Notes: generated by a model not told the origin, from the letters alone. A stretch of DNA of 64,000 nucleotides from a virus (IMGVR_UViG_3300020045_008999:224001-288000), one strand, 5' to 3'. Positions 30,089 through 39,859 are shown, counted from the stretch's first letter. Numbers and translations are program-made.

Positions 30089-31198
30089 TTAGATTTTTTT
30101 AAATTGAATACTTTCTAAACGACGTTGCTCATTACCCAATTCTTTACCAAGGAAGCCATTAATGATTAATGTTTCACATGAAACGCTTGGTCGGTATTTA
30201 ACAAATGCATCTAGATATGATGGGTAATTATCAAAAAGTGATAACCATTCACTTAACAACTCATCAGTGATATTTTTTGCGTTTCTAAATTTATAAATGT
30301 CTAACACATTATCCGGGTCAAAGTTAAAGATGTTATTCAAAAATATAATTTTATGAACCATAGAAGAATCCATTTTATGAACCTTTACCAAGTCATTTTC
30401 GATAGTGGTGTTGGTTTCAATATGTTGTAACAAAAACGCAAGATGAATTTCCAAAAATGTTGATTTTATTGGAAATTTATGTAGTTCGTATCCAGGGAAT
30501 ATGACTTCAAATATATTCAATTCCATCATTAATGACATGAATATACTAAAATCCCCACAATCATCAAATGCCGATTTAATTTCTTTTACGATTCGTTCTT
30601 TTACGATGATACTAAGCATATGTGAATTTTCACGAATAAGTGATTTAGTATCATCTGGTATTGTGAAATCATATCGTGCTGCAAATCGGATAATTCGCAT
30701 AATACGTAGCGGATCTTCGGTAATTCTCAATAATGATTCACCCACAAATTTACATATCCCCAATTCAATATCAGATTTGCCGCCGACATAATCAATGATT
30801 TCACCAAGTTCAATATCATAAAACATCGCATTTATTGTCAAGTCCCGGCGTGCACAATCATCTTCAATTGTTGTGAATTTTACTTTGGGATTTCTACTAA
30901 GACCAAGTTTCCCATCATATATGTCACTACGAAATGTCGCAATTTCAAATCCATCTGGGTAGTCCGGTGGAAAAACCACTACCACACCAAAATCCTTTCC
31001 GCGCTCATTACACTTATATCTGCCTTTAACAATCTTAATTATTTCATCGGGCAATGCATTTGTAGACAAGTCAAAATCTTTAGGAATGTGGCCGATCATG
31101 AAATCGCGCACCGCACCGCCAACCACATATAGTTTGCGATCATTGTCATTGAATAGTTTATTCAATGACAATATAGATGATGGTATAACTGTTTTCAT
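30089..31198 (-). CDS. cca: CCA-adding tRNA nucleotidyltransferase (class II)
   Basis: VGGAVRD..G..PKDFD, EIATFR, RRDLTINA, EDPLRIMR.IRFA, ERI..E. Confidence 0.9.
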   Translation of the reverse strand: MKTVIPSSILSLNKLFNDNDRKLYVVGGAVRDFMIGHIPKDFDLSTNALPDEIIKIVKGRYKCNERGKDFGVVVVFPPDYPDGFEIATFRSDIYDGKLGLSRNPKVKFTTIEDDCARRDLTINAMFYDIELGEIIDYVGGKSDIELGICKFVGESLLRITEDPLRIMRIIRFAARYDFTIPDDTKSLIRENSHMLSIIVKERIVKEIKSAFDDCGDFSIFMSLMMELNIFEVIFPGYELHKFPIKSTFLEIHLAFLLQHIETNTTIENDLVKVHKMDSSMVHKIIFLNNIFNFDPDNVLDIYKFRNAKNITDELLSEWLSLFDNYPSYLDAFVKYRPSVSCETLIINGFLGKELGNEQRRLESIQFKKI

Positions 31199-31205
31199 TT
31201 TTATA

Positions 31206-31472
31206 CTATTTAATTGTATCTTTGATTATTCTATTTGTGCTAAACTTTAGTTCTTCACCGACTTCAAATTTACCAATACTATCAACAAATACCATATACG
31301 TGACACCGTTCATATGATTATTAATGTCAACATAATAAGTTGATAGAAGTTTACTATTAGTTATAATTTTAGTCACTGTATATTTAGTCACTTTAGTGGG
31401 TTGCGACTCCGCACAACTATTAAAAAATATAAAGCAAATCGTTAATATAAATGCCCTGATAATATTTCGCAT
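31206..31472 (-). CDS. putative lipoprotein
   Basis: MRNIIRAFILTICFIFFNS-C. Confidence 0.6.
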   Translation of the reverse strand: MRNIIRAFILTICFIFFNSCAESQPTKVTKYTVTKIITNSKLLSTYYVDINNHMNGVTYMVFVDSIGKFEVGEELKFSTNRIIKDTIK

Positions 31473-31544
31473 GATATTTTATTTTATATCAACAAAAGTA
31501 TTTAAAATATATCATATAACCAAATTATTTTTAATATATAGTTT

Positions 31545-31769
31545 ATGAAATACTTAAGACTTTTCGAATCCGTATCGATCGAAGATATTATACGTTCGAT
31601 CGAATCAAATACGGCAATATATGTTACCGCGATAAAGACTCTGCCAGATCACAATCCAGAAGAGCCAGTTCGCGTAGTTTCGGTGGCTAATGACGGCACT
31701 ACTACCATTGAAGTAAATGGGGAATACTATGATGTTTCACTACGAAACGTAACTAAAATAGAAAGATAA
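31545..31769 (+). CDS. small protein with CTS-like N-terminus
   Basis: MKYLRLFES; TTAATATATA at 31531-31540. Confidence 0.65.
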   Translation: MKYLRLFESVSIEDIIRSIESNTAIYVTAIKTLPDHNPEEPVRVVSVANDGTTTIEVNGEYYDVSLRNVTKIER

Positions 31770-31773
31770 TCTA

Positions 31774-32139
31774 TTAATTATTACGAGTTTCATGACTACA
31801 CATGACTATTCTAGCGTTACTCGGCAGCGTTTCGCTAATTTTTCTTATTTTATGATAATAAACTGATTCAATTTTATTTTCAGCACTTTTACTATCAACT
31901 CTAGTATAAATATAAGCAGATGCATAATAATCAGATGGTTCGTATACTTTTACTATTTCATGCCATACATCACCAAACTCACCCTTCATATTTACCCACA
32001 TCCCTTTGGCCGGTGATGATTTTCTAATTTCAGCATCATTTTCTTTTGCACGAGATGTTAGATAATCATCATTGGATGTATCAAAAAATGATGAGCTTTG
32101 GCTTTCATTTAAAAATTCAACGAAATTTTTCACAATCAT
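31774..32139 (-). CDS. protein with CTS-like N-terminus
   Basis: MIVKNFVEFLNES; TTTATATATA at 32161-32170 (minus). Confidence 0.65.
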   Translation of the reverse strand: MIVKNFVEFLNESQSSSFFDTSNDDYLTSRAKENDAEIRKSSPAKGMWVNMKGEFGDVWHEIVKVYEPSDYYASAYIYTRVDSKSAENKIESVYYHKIRKISETLPSNARIVMCSHETRNN

Positions 32140-32228
32140 TATAAGTATTTTTATTTATGGTATATATAAATTTAAAAAAATAATATTGTACATATTGTTT
32201 CGTTAATGATTGGAAATTAAAAGCTAAA

Positions 32229-34079
32229 TTATTTCATAATAGCCTCTTTGCGTAGATCTGATTCATCACCGAACCAAACGTTCAAACTATCACTAGAAAG
32301 ATTATCTGTGGTAATCATAGTCAGTTTGGGATTTTTAATAATTTCAGCATATTCATCATCTACTAATGCTGCCAGACCTTTTTTATACTTTATCTCCCAG
32401 TCTTTAAGGTTTTTGCCCTTTTCCCACTTAGCATATTCTTGATTGGTGTATAAAGATGTTTTATTTTTTGTTTTAATATTTTTCACAACTATAACCGGGG
32501 TTTCAACCTTATAAATCATATTATATTCAAATAATTCGGGCCAGAATTTATAAAAGAAATTTAATAATAGTCCGGCGATCGCACTACCATCCTTATCAGA
32601 ATCCACGTATAATAAAATACTACCATATCTCATTTTTTCCTTCACTGCACGTTGTCCAAACTTCAAACCCATCGCGGCCATCACATTAACCGCTTCGGCA
32701 TTTTTACTCAATTTTTGAATACTTATATCCATACAGTTGATGAACTTCCCACGTAACGCAAATGCGCCCATGTTTTCATCCCGATGTGTTCTGAAATTAC
32801 CGATTGCTGAATCACCTTCATATAGACCTAATGAACATTTCCAGCGATTTGTTCCTTTTGCGTCAATCAATTTATCAACCTTTAAGTTAGAAACGGTCTT
32901 ATTTAATTCGCGGGCCAATTTATTATCATCTGCCAATTTCTTCTGATCAATCCAATCTAAGATAGATGCCACTATTTCAGATTTCAGTATAGATTGTATC
33001 ATTTTAGGACTAACTTCAAATGTTGTTCCAAAATCACGTACCTCGGTTATCAACTTTTCCTTTGTCTGAGATGAAAATGTAGAATTCACAATAGTAGTAT
33101 CTAAAAATAAAGTTATATGACTTTTGATCTCAGATGGCTTGATATCAACTTTATGTTTTTTGATGAAAAATTCTCTTAATTGGTCAACAATTTGCTTCAT
33201 AATATAATCAACATGAGTCCCACCATCATATGTATCGGTCGAATTAGCAAAACTTATTTGCTGAAACCCATTATCCGACCTACCAACACCAATAGACCAC
33301 GTTTTCGACTTATTAGTTTCATAGAAATATTCACTGGTATATAGTTTAACATAATCTTCAAATGAGTTTATATTAACCAACACACCATTGTAATATATTT
33401 TCAAATTTGGGTTACATCCAGCCAAATCATAAATGCGTTTTTCGATCATTTTACAGTGATTATCATCGATTCCTTTCATACCAAACCTCTCATAATCTGG
33501 CAAAAATGTGATCTCTGTATGTTTCTTAGTAGATTTAATTACTTTGGCGGTAGTTCTCGCGGACATATTATTCGAAAAAGTCTGTGAGAATTTATTTATC
33601 CCATCACAGGTTGATAAGATAAATTCCTTTGAAAATATATTAGTAATTGAGCTACCAACACCATTTGTACCAGCTAATACACGGTCTTCGTCATCATTGA
33701 AGTTACTACCAGCTTTCATATTAGAAAAAATCATTTCCGGTATCCACTCATTATATTCCTTATGTTTCAAAACTGGAATTCCACCATTGTCAAATATCTT
33801 AATTTTATCATTAACAATATCAACTTTTATTATATTAAGTTTAGAACCCACACGTTTACTTTCATCTACAGAATTTGTGATAATTTCATCGAAAATTTTC
33901 ATAAACCCGGGATTGTATTCAACTTCCTGTTTTGTCATCCTATTATCAGCTAATATCCATTTCAATGCCTTATGTGGTTTTACTGATCCAATATACATCG
34001 ACGGGCGATGTAATACGTGTTGTTCATCAGATAGTTTCTTATACTTATCCTCTATTGTCTTGTCTATTTTCTTAGCCAT
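32229..34079 (-). CDS. type IIA DNA topoisomerase ATPase/TOPRIM subunit (T4 gp39+60-like)
   Basis: HVLHRPSMYIGS, EIITNSVDE, DNGG, GTNGVG, GGTHV, EGDSA, LRGK, DSDKDG, KGLA. Confidence 0.95.
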   Translation of the reverse strand: MAKKIDKTIEDKYKKLSDEQHVLHRPSMYIGSVKPHKALKWILADNRMTKQEVEYNPGFMKIFDEIITNSVDESKRVGSKLNIIKVDIVNDKIKIFDNGGIPVLKHKEYNEWIPEMIFSNMKAGSNFNDDEDRVLAGTNGVGSSITNIFSKEFILSTCDGINKFSQTFSNNMSARTTAKVIKSTKKHTEITFLPDYERFGMKGIDDNHCKMIEKRIYDLAGCNPNLKIYYNGVLVNINSFEDYVKLYTSEYFYETNKSKTWSIGVGRSDNGFQQISFANSTDTYDGGTHVDYIMKQIVDQLREFFIKKHKVDIKPSEIKSHITLFLDTTIVNSTFSSQTKEKLITEVRDFGTTFEVSPKMIQSILKSEIVASILDWIDQKKLADDNKLARELNKTVSNLKVDKLIDAKGTNRWKCSLGLYEGDSAIGNFRTHRDENMGAFALRGKFINCMDISIQKLSKNAEAVNVMAAMGLKFGQRAVKEKMRYGSILLYVDSDKDGSAIAGLLLNFFYKFWPELFEYNMIYKVETPVIVVKNIKTKNKTSLYTNQEYAKWEKGKNLKDWEIKYKKGLAALVDDEYAEIIKNPKLTMITTDNLSSDSLNVWFGDESDLRKEAIMK

Positions 34080-34187
34080 TTGTCTCAATTATTTATAATA
34101 TTTATACCTAAAAACGTTTGAATTGTTTAAATAAAAATTTTTAATTAAACAATATCTAAATTATACACTATATAGTATAATAAAAAC

Positions 34188-35561
34188 TTGATTAATTTGA
34201 AACCAACAAAGAAAACAATTAATGAATTTCTTTCCACTGAATATAAGGAATTCGCACTTTACGTCATTGAAAACAGAGCAATCCCAAGTTATATCGACGG
34301 ATTTAAACCTGTGCACCGTAAAGTTGCACATGTGTCATCACATGTTTGGAAGACTGGAAATGAGAAAACGATTAAGATATACCAATTATCAGGGAAAGTA
34401 TCTGCCGATGTGCAGTACCATCACGGCGACTCAAGTCTTAACTCGGCCATTATTAATATGGCTCAGAAATTTAAAAACAATCTTCCATTAATGATGGATG
34501 AGGGACAATTCGGTACACTTAGATCACCACAACCAGGGGCCGCGAGATACATCGGAACTAAATTAAATTCCATATTTAGATATATTTATTTGGATGATAA
34601 TTTATTAGAATATAATGAAGAAGAGGGCGAGGTAATCGAACCGAAATATTTTCTTCCTATTATTCCGATGGTCCTCATTAATGGATCATCTGGTATTGCG
34701 GTGGGATTTGCTTCCAATATTTTAAACAGAGATCCAAATGATATCATTTTAGCATGTGAGAGTATCATCAAAGGTAAAAAAATTAAATCGGTAGCACCGA
34801 GGATTCCTAGTTTTAGCGGAACATGCATTCAAGATATTGACAATCACAAAAAATGGAATTTATTAGGTGCATTCAAACGTGTAAATACAACTACAATACA
34901 GATAACTGAATTACCGCCATCTATGACATTTGAGAAATATGAAAATATTTTGGAAAAATTGGTAGAAAATAAAACTATTGTTTCATACAACGATAAATGT
35001 GCGAGTGATATTAATTACGTGATAAAATTCACCCGCTCTAACTTAGATAAATTAACCGATGATAAGATTATAAAATTATTTTCACTCAGCGAATCACAAA
35101 CTGAAAATTTCAACACATTGGATGAAAATGGACAATTGAAAATTTTTCAAAGTGATATTGAAATTATAAAAGAATTTACCATTTTCCGATTATCATATTA
35201 TCAAAAACGTAAAGATGCTATTGTTGCAAAATTAGAACGGGAAAATTTAATATTAAATAATCGTCTAATTTTCGTAAAAGCAATTATTGATAATAAAATC
35301 GAAATCAAAAATAAATCAAAGGAAATTATTAATAAATTAATCACCGGGTTGAAAGTTGATCAAATTGATGGATCATATGATTACTTGCTCAGGATGCCTA
35401 TGTATTCAATCACCAAAGAGTATTATGAGAAAATGAAACTAGATATAAAGGACAAAGAAAATGAAATAATAGAAGTTGGTAAGAAAAATGTATCCGATAT
35501 GTATTTAGAAGATTTAATAACCCTGAAAAAGGAAATCAAAAAAATGGAAAAGATAGTATAA
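34188..35561 (+). CDS. type IIA DNA topoisomerase breakage-reunion subunit (T4 gp52-like)
   Basis: RAIP..IDGFKPVHRK, YHHGD.S, AARY catalytic Tyr, LINGSSGIAVGF; TTG start uncertain. Confidence 0.95.
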   Translation: MINLKPTKKTINEFLSTEYKEFALYVIENRAIPSYIDGFKPVHRKVAHVSSHVWKTGNEKTIKIYQLSGKVSADVQYHHGDSSLNSAIINMAQKFKNNLPLMMDEGQFGTLRSPQPGAARYIGTKLNSIFRYIYLDDNLLEYNEEEGEVIEPKYFLPIIPMVLINGSSGIAVGFASNILNRDPNDIILACESIIKGKKIKSVAPRIPSFSGTCIQDIDNHKKWNLLGAFKRVNTTTIQITELPPSMTFEKYENILEKLVENKTIVSYNDKCASDINYVIKFTRSNLDKLTDDKIIKLFSLSESQTENFNTLDENGQLKIFQSDIEIIKEFTIFRLSYYQKRKDAIVAKLERENLILNNRLIFVKAIIDNKIEIKNKSKEIINKLITGLKVDQIDGSYDYLLRMPMYSITKEYYEKMKLDIKDKENEIIEVGKKNVSDMYLEDLITLKKEIKKMEKIV

Positions 35562-35596
35562 AAAATGCCCAGTTTCAATGAACTGGGCATTTTTTT
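35560..35596. terminator. bidirectional intrinsic terminator
   Basis: AAAAAATGCCCAGTT-TCAATG-AACTGGGCATTTTTTT. Confidence 0.85.
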
Positions 35597-36269
35597 AAAA
35601 ATCTATTTCATTCATAATATCCATCATTATTTTATTACGGCGTTCATTTTCTACTTCATATGCTGCTTCGCCAAGTAATTTCATTTCAATTAAGTTTTGG
35701 TGATCGTGATTTTTCTCACTGGGTCTTCGCCAAGCTAAAAAATCTAGCTCCGCTCGCACAGATGAACGATCCATTTTTTCGGACCAGGTCAATTCCACTC
35801 GATTGTCCTTCAGGTTTTTATCACTTCTACTAATCGCATGTCTATTATAAAAACGATTTCGAATTTGAAGTTGTTTTTGATATCCTAACCACTGCTCACC
35901 AGATTCATTTATCTCAGCTAATATCAAATCAAGAACATTTGGTAAAAGTTTGATGGTACCTTTTGATGGTAAATTATCAGACATATTTTCTATAAATGTT
36001 GCTTGGTAATTGTTTTCTTTTTTGAATTGAATGAATTCAAATTTATAATCATTGCCATACAATCCACATTCAACCTTATCAAGTATTACATTGATGACAA
36101 TATGATCAACATCATAAAAGCTATTTAGACTACGATCAATATAGGTACATAAAATATCACCATTTTCATTTTCACCGACTTTAACCGCTTTTTTTAAATA
36201 AACAAGATGTGTAGATTCAAAGTGGTATTTTGTACATATTTCTGTTAAAATGTTACTAGTCTTTGACAT
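35595..36269 (-). CDS. hypothetical protein
   Basis: 224-aa ORF after TATATTTG (36297-36304, minus). Confidence 0.6.
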   Translation of the reverse strand: MSKTSNILTEICTKYHFESTHLVYLKKAVKVGENENGDILCTYIDRSLNSFYDVDHIVINVILDKVECGLYGNDYKFEFIQFKKENNYQATFIENMSDNLPSKGTIKLLPNVLDLILAEINESGEQWLGYQKQLQIRNRFYNRHAISRSDKNLKDNRVELTWSEKMDRSSVRAELDFLAWRRPSEKNHDHQNLIEMKLLGEAAYEVENERRNKIMMDIMNEIDF

Positions 36270-36395
36270 AAAAATTTTTATTAGATTATTACCTTACAAA
36301 TATAAGGAAAAAATTATCCATTTTCCTATTTTCCCCGTAGTATTTTCATTCATCAAAAAGTATATAAAAAATGCATTATTATACAAATAAATATG

Positions 36396-36403
36396 TATAT
36401 TTG
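36396..36403 (+). promoter_or_regulatory. Bacteroidota-type -7 promoter element TAnnTTTG (representative)
   Basis: TATATTTG; about 18 such sites directly upstream of operon heads in this window. Confidence 0.7.
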
Positions 36404-36434
36404 CATCTAAACTTATAATTAACTACATATTTTT

Positions 36435-37004
36435 ATGGAAAAATTAACCAAAGGTGTCAAGCTTATTTTATTGATAAATATTGCTGCTTTTATTTTTAGT
36501 TCGATATTCTCACAGTTCACCGCTGATTATTTAGCGTTGCATATTTATAGTAGTCCAAAATTTTATTTATGGGAATTCATCACTTCACTTTTTATACATG
36601 GTGGTTTAATTCATTTATTATTTAATATGATGACTTTAGTATTCTTAGGCCCATATGTTGAAAAATATTATGGTACAACACGTTTTTATATAATTTATAT
36701 CATCATGGGTATTATAGCGGGCCTATTACAAATATCATTGATGTCAATTGACATTCCACTTGTTGGGGCATCCGGATCATTATTTGGCGTACTTACATTA
36801 TATGTAATACAAAATTACAATACTAAAATGTTTTTAATGTTCATACCGATCGGTATCAAAGCCAAATATATACTAATTGGTTTAATTGCGATTGAACTCT
36901 ATTCAGCATTCTTTGTTTCTGATAACGTTGGACATTTTGCACATTTAGGTGGGGCAGCATCTGGTTTATTAATACATAAATATTATCATGGTGTACGTAA
37001 TTAA
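36435..37004 (+). CDS. rhomboid intramembrane serine protease
   Basis: HLLFNM, GASG, AHLGG; multiple TMs. Confidence 0.92.
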   Translation: MEKLTKGVKLILLINIAAFIFSSIFSQFTADYLALHIYSSPKFYLWEFITSLFIHGGLIHLLFNMMTLVFLGPYVEKYYGTTRFYIIYIIMGIIAGLLQISLMSIDIPLVGASGSLFGVLTLYVIQNYNTKMFLMFIPIGIKAKYILIGLIAIELYSAFFVSDNVGHFAHLGGAASGLLIHKYYHGVRN

Positions 37005-37335
37005 TCGATTAAGTACCCGATCAATAGCTATAAAATGTACCATACCTTTAGTTTTTACGGATGATTACAGTGTTGGTATGGTTAATCATTCAATTATATT
37101 TCGCTTGAATGATGACAATAATGTTTATTACATGAAGCACAAATCAAGTGATAAGTTACTCAATTTAGCTTCTGGTAAATATGGATTGCGAAAACATCAT
37201 ATGTATTATGATTATACCCATGTGGTTATTGATGCTATGGAATTTGTAATACCATGTAGAATCATAAGTATACCAAGCATAAAGGCCAGAAGACGAATAG
37301 TAATTAAACATTTATTGGATGATGGAAAGGATTAA
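36988..37335 (+). CDS. hypothetical protein with C-terminal tag
   Basis: ends RRIVIKHLLDDGKD. Confidence 0.5.
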   Translation: MVYVINRLSTRSIAIKCTIPLVFTDDYSVGMVNHSIIFRLNDDNNVYYMKHKSSDKLLNLASGKYGLRKHHMYYDYTHVVIDAMEFVIPCRIISIPSIKARRRIVIKHLLDDGKD

Positions 37336-37651
37336 CGCGGATCAGTATTCTGCATTAGTGTCATTTCCGATAGAAATAGAGGCCGGTGTTGTGATTGGTT
37401 TTATCACAAAGACTATCGAATTCAATAAAGATAACTATGGTGAATACCACGTAACATTTAATGATTTTCACTTATTGCGTGAAAGTATATCTGATGATTT
37501 CAATATACCATATGAACATATCGGGTTTAATGTTAAAGAAGTATACGATGATGTGGAACAAATAAAATATAATGATATTGCCAATGCTTATTATTTTGAA
37601 ATCCCGAAAGCGGTATTACGGAATTATAAAATAAAAATACTTTTAGAATAA
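37319..37651 (+). CDS. hypothetical protein with C-terminal tag
   Basis: ends RNYKIKILLE. Confidence 0.55.
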   Translation: MMERINADQYSALVSFPIEIEAGVVIGFITKTIEFNKDNYGEYHVTFNDFHLLRESISDDFNIPYEHIGFNVKEVYDDVEQIKYNDIANAYYFEIPKAVLRNYKIKILLE

Positions 37652-37674
37652 ATATGGATCATAATATCATAAAT

Positions 37675-37708
37675 AAAAAAGGCACTCGAATTTCCAAGTG
37701 CCTTTTTT
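37675..37708. terminator. bidirectional intrinsic terminator
   Basis: AAAAAAGGCACT...AGTGCCTTTTTT. Confidence 0.8.
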
Positions 37709-37709
37709 A

Positions 37710-38630
37710 TTATTTTTTTTCACGGTGATATTGCCAAGGAATTCCTTTTTCATAATCAGCAATTGCATTATCGATCAGTGTTTGTGTATCAATTAGTAAT
37801 AGTTGTGCTTCCTTTTCCAAAACATTACTAAGTCTACTTTCTAGATCAACTTTATATTGGTCCAATTCTTTACGTTCCTTTTGATTACTATATTCAACTT
37901 CAATGATCTTTGTATTGTGATTAGCATTTTCTAACTCAGCTGTTCTTACTTTATCTTCACGTTCCATTACTGCCTCGAGTCTTTTATTAATATCATTTAT
38001 GGTGGTGAGCATTTCTTCTTCAATTTCTTTATTATTTACAAAATTTGATTCTGTGGACTTAGCCAATCTCACTTCTAATGTTTTAATAGTTTGTTGTGAT
38101 TGTTCAATAACACCATTTAACGCTTCTATATCAGCAGACATAGAAGATACTTCGGTCATCAATGCTTCTATTCTTAGGATGTGTTTTTTATCATCGATTG
38201 ATTTCAAAGCCGTATTGCGTTCCATTGTATTATTGAAGTCAAGTTCTAAATGTGATAGTTTATCAATCGATTTATTGTACTCTAATTTCAAAGCGGCCAA
38301 TTCATTTTCCAATAAAATAACTTCCTTGGAATTACTATTTTGATTTAAATTATCCGATTTAAAATGTTCTTCGATGTAGGGTAGAATTTTTTTAGCGACC
38401 ACACTTGGTTGCGCGATCTTATTGGTTTTTAAAAAAAGAATGAAATCAGTTTTAAAATCAATAAATTGAAAATAATCTGGATTGTTTTCTACTACTATTG
38501 GATCCATCTTGACGCTGCCATCCTTCCCTACATATTTGTAGTCAATAATAAATGCCTTAGCTTTTAATATGACTATTTTTTTATCATCAGTTGTTAATTG
38601 AAAATCTTTTAAAATTTTATATTTTGACAT
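37710..38630 (-). CDS. coiled-coil protein (late)
   Basis: long heptad-rich region; TTTATATATA upstream. Confidence 0.65.
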   Translation of the reverse strand: MSKYKILKDFQLTTDDKKIVILKAKAFIIDYKYVGKDGSVKMDPIVVENNPDYFQFIDFKTDFILFLKTNKIAQPSVVAKKILPYIEEHFKSDNLNQNSNSKEVILLENELAALKLEYNKSIDKLSHLELDFNNTMERNTALKSIDDKKHILRIEALMTEVSSMSADIEALNGVIEQSQQTIKTLEVRLAKSTESNFVNNKEIEEEMLTTINDINKRLEAVMEREDKVRTAELENANHNTKIIEVEYSNQKERKELDQYKVDLESRLSNVLEKEAQLLLIDTQTLIDNAIADYEKGIPWQYHREKK

Positions 38631-38713
38631 GAGTGTATAATATTTATCTCTTATATATAAAAATTCTTGCTTAGTTGGGTTTTTTTGATTATTTTTGTTT
38701 AAATTATTTTTAT

Positions 38714-39172
38714 ATGGATAAAGTTAATTGTGTTTACCGACTTGGTTTATTTTTCAGTGAATATGTAGGAATGGATAATATTAAATTTCATTCACCAGAT
38801 TACCTATATGAAAAAATGGAAGTATTATTTAACATACCAGAGATGATATTAACACCATATGAACACGAATGGGGTTGTCATGAATTTATTATTAAATACG
38901 AAGGCACATGGGGGCCTATTACTGATACCTGTATTACTCGATTTATACTTTTTATATTCCATGCACGTGCACCTACTAGTGCAGAGAATTATATCAACAA
39001 CTTCGAAAAGTTTATATGTCCAATTCAAGATATAGTTTTAACTAATAACTATTTCCCAATGCATTTCAAAACTCTCAATTCTATTAATGAAATAATAGAA
39101 TTGTTAGAAAGATCTTCTGCCCACAAAAATATTATCCGATCATTATCAATAAAAAAACTTTTATCAAAATAA
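38714..39172 (+). CDS. hypothetical protein with C-terminal tag
   Basis: start reassigned to ATG 38714; ends RSLSIKKLLSK. Confidence 0.55.
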   Translation: MDKVNCVYRLGLFFSEYVGMDNIKFHSPDYLYEKMEVLFNIPEMILTPYEHEWGCHEFIIKYEGTWGPITDTCITRFILFIFHARAPTSAENYINNFEKFICPIQDIVLTNNYFPMHFKTLNSINEIIELLERSSAHKNIIRSLSIKKLLSK

Positions 39173-39180
39173 TTCGCTGG

Positions 39181-39467
39181 CTTGCTTAGTGGCTGATTAA
39201 AGACTAAAAATAACCAACACATACTAATCATTAAATTAAGAAAATACAAATGAATCAAGAAAATACAAATGAGCCATTAAGCAAGACTGCTGTTATAAGT
39301 CGGTTTTTATACGAAATGGCTGAAAAACATAATATTTCGGTAGATGGTATAGTAATAGGAATTGAAGAAATACATCCTAAAAGAGTTGATGGTAAAGTGA
39401 AATTACAGGTTATGAATTTAGATTTTCATAATTTAGAAGAGTTTTTGACTGAAAATGGCTTATGAAC
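39181..39467 (+). mobile_element. attC-like hairpin plus gene cassette relic 1 (ORF 39250-39465)
   Basis: IR CTTGCTTAGTGGCT/AGCCATTAAGCAAG; core GTTATAAGTCGGTTTT matches end AAAATGGCTTATGAAC. Confidence 0.5.
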
Positions 39468-39480
39468 ATACCAATTATCA

Positions 39481-39849
39481 ATGAGTAACGAAAATTCCAA
39501 ATACGAGGCACTTATGCCGATTTTAAAAGAAATTGATGCATTTGTTAATTTAATTGACAATTGGGATGGTTATGGTGCCATACCATTATTATCAGTGGTT
39601 CGTGATAATGCAATAATAGTGTTGAAATATTTCACCATACCACCCAGTGATTATTACCCAAATCCCCAGGGTACTATATCTATAAAATACGATTGTGATA
39701 TTCACCAACTGAATTTAGAAATTGGTACTACTCAATTCACATATTACACAACATTCAATGGTGTTCTACAAGAGAATGGAAGTTATCTGGATATTACCGA
39801 AATAAATTTAATGTGTTTAAAACTGCTAGTTCCTAATTTATTTTTATAG
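39481..39849 (+). CDS. hypothetical protein (NWDGYGA motif family)
   Basis: L.DNWDGYGA.P motif. Confidence 0.6.
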   Translation: MSNENSKYEALMPILKEIDAFVNLIDNWDGYGAIPLLSVVRDNAIIVLKYFTIPPSDYYPNPQGTISIKYDCDIHQLNLEIGTTQFTYYTTFNGVLQENGSYLDITEINLMCLKLLVPNLFL

Positions 39850-39859
39850 TTAGTAAAAT

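Noticed and set aside
32229-35561. Intein or intron in topoisomerase genes
   Set aside because: Lengths are normal and motifs contiguous
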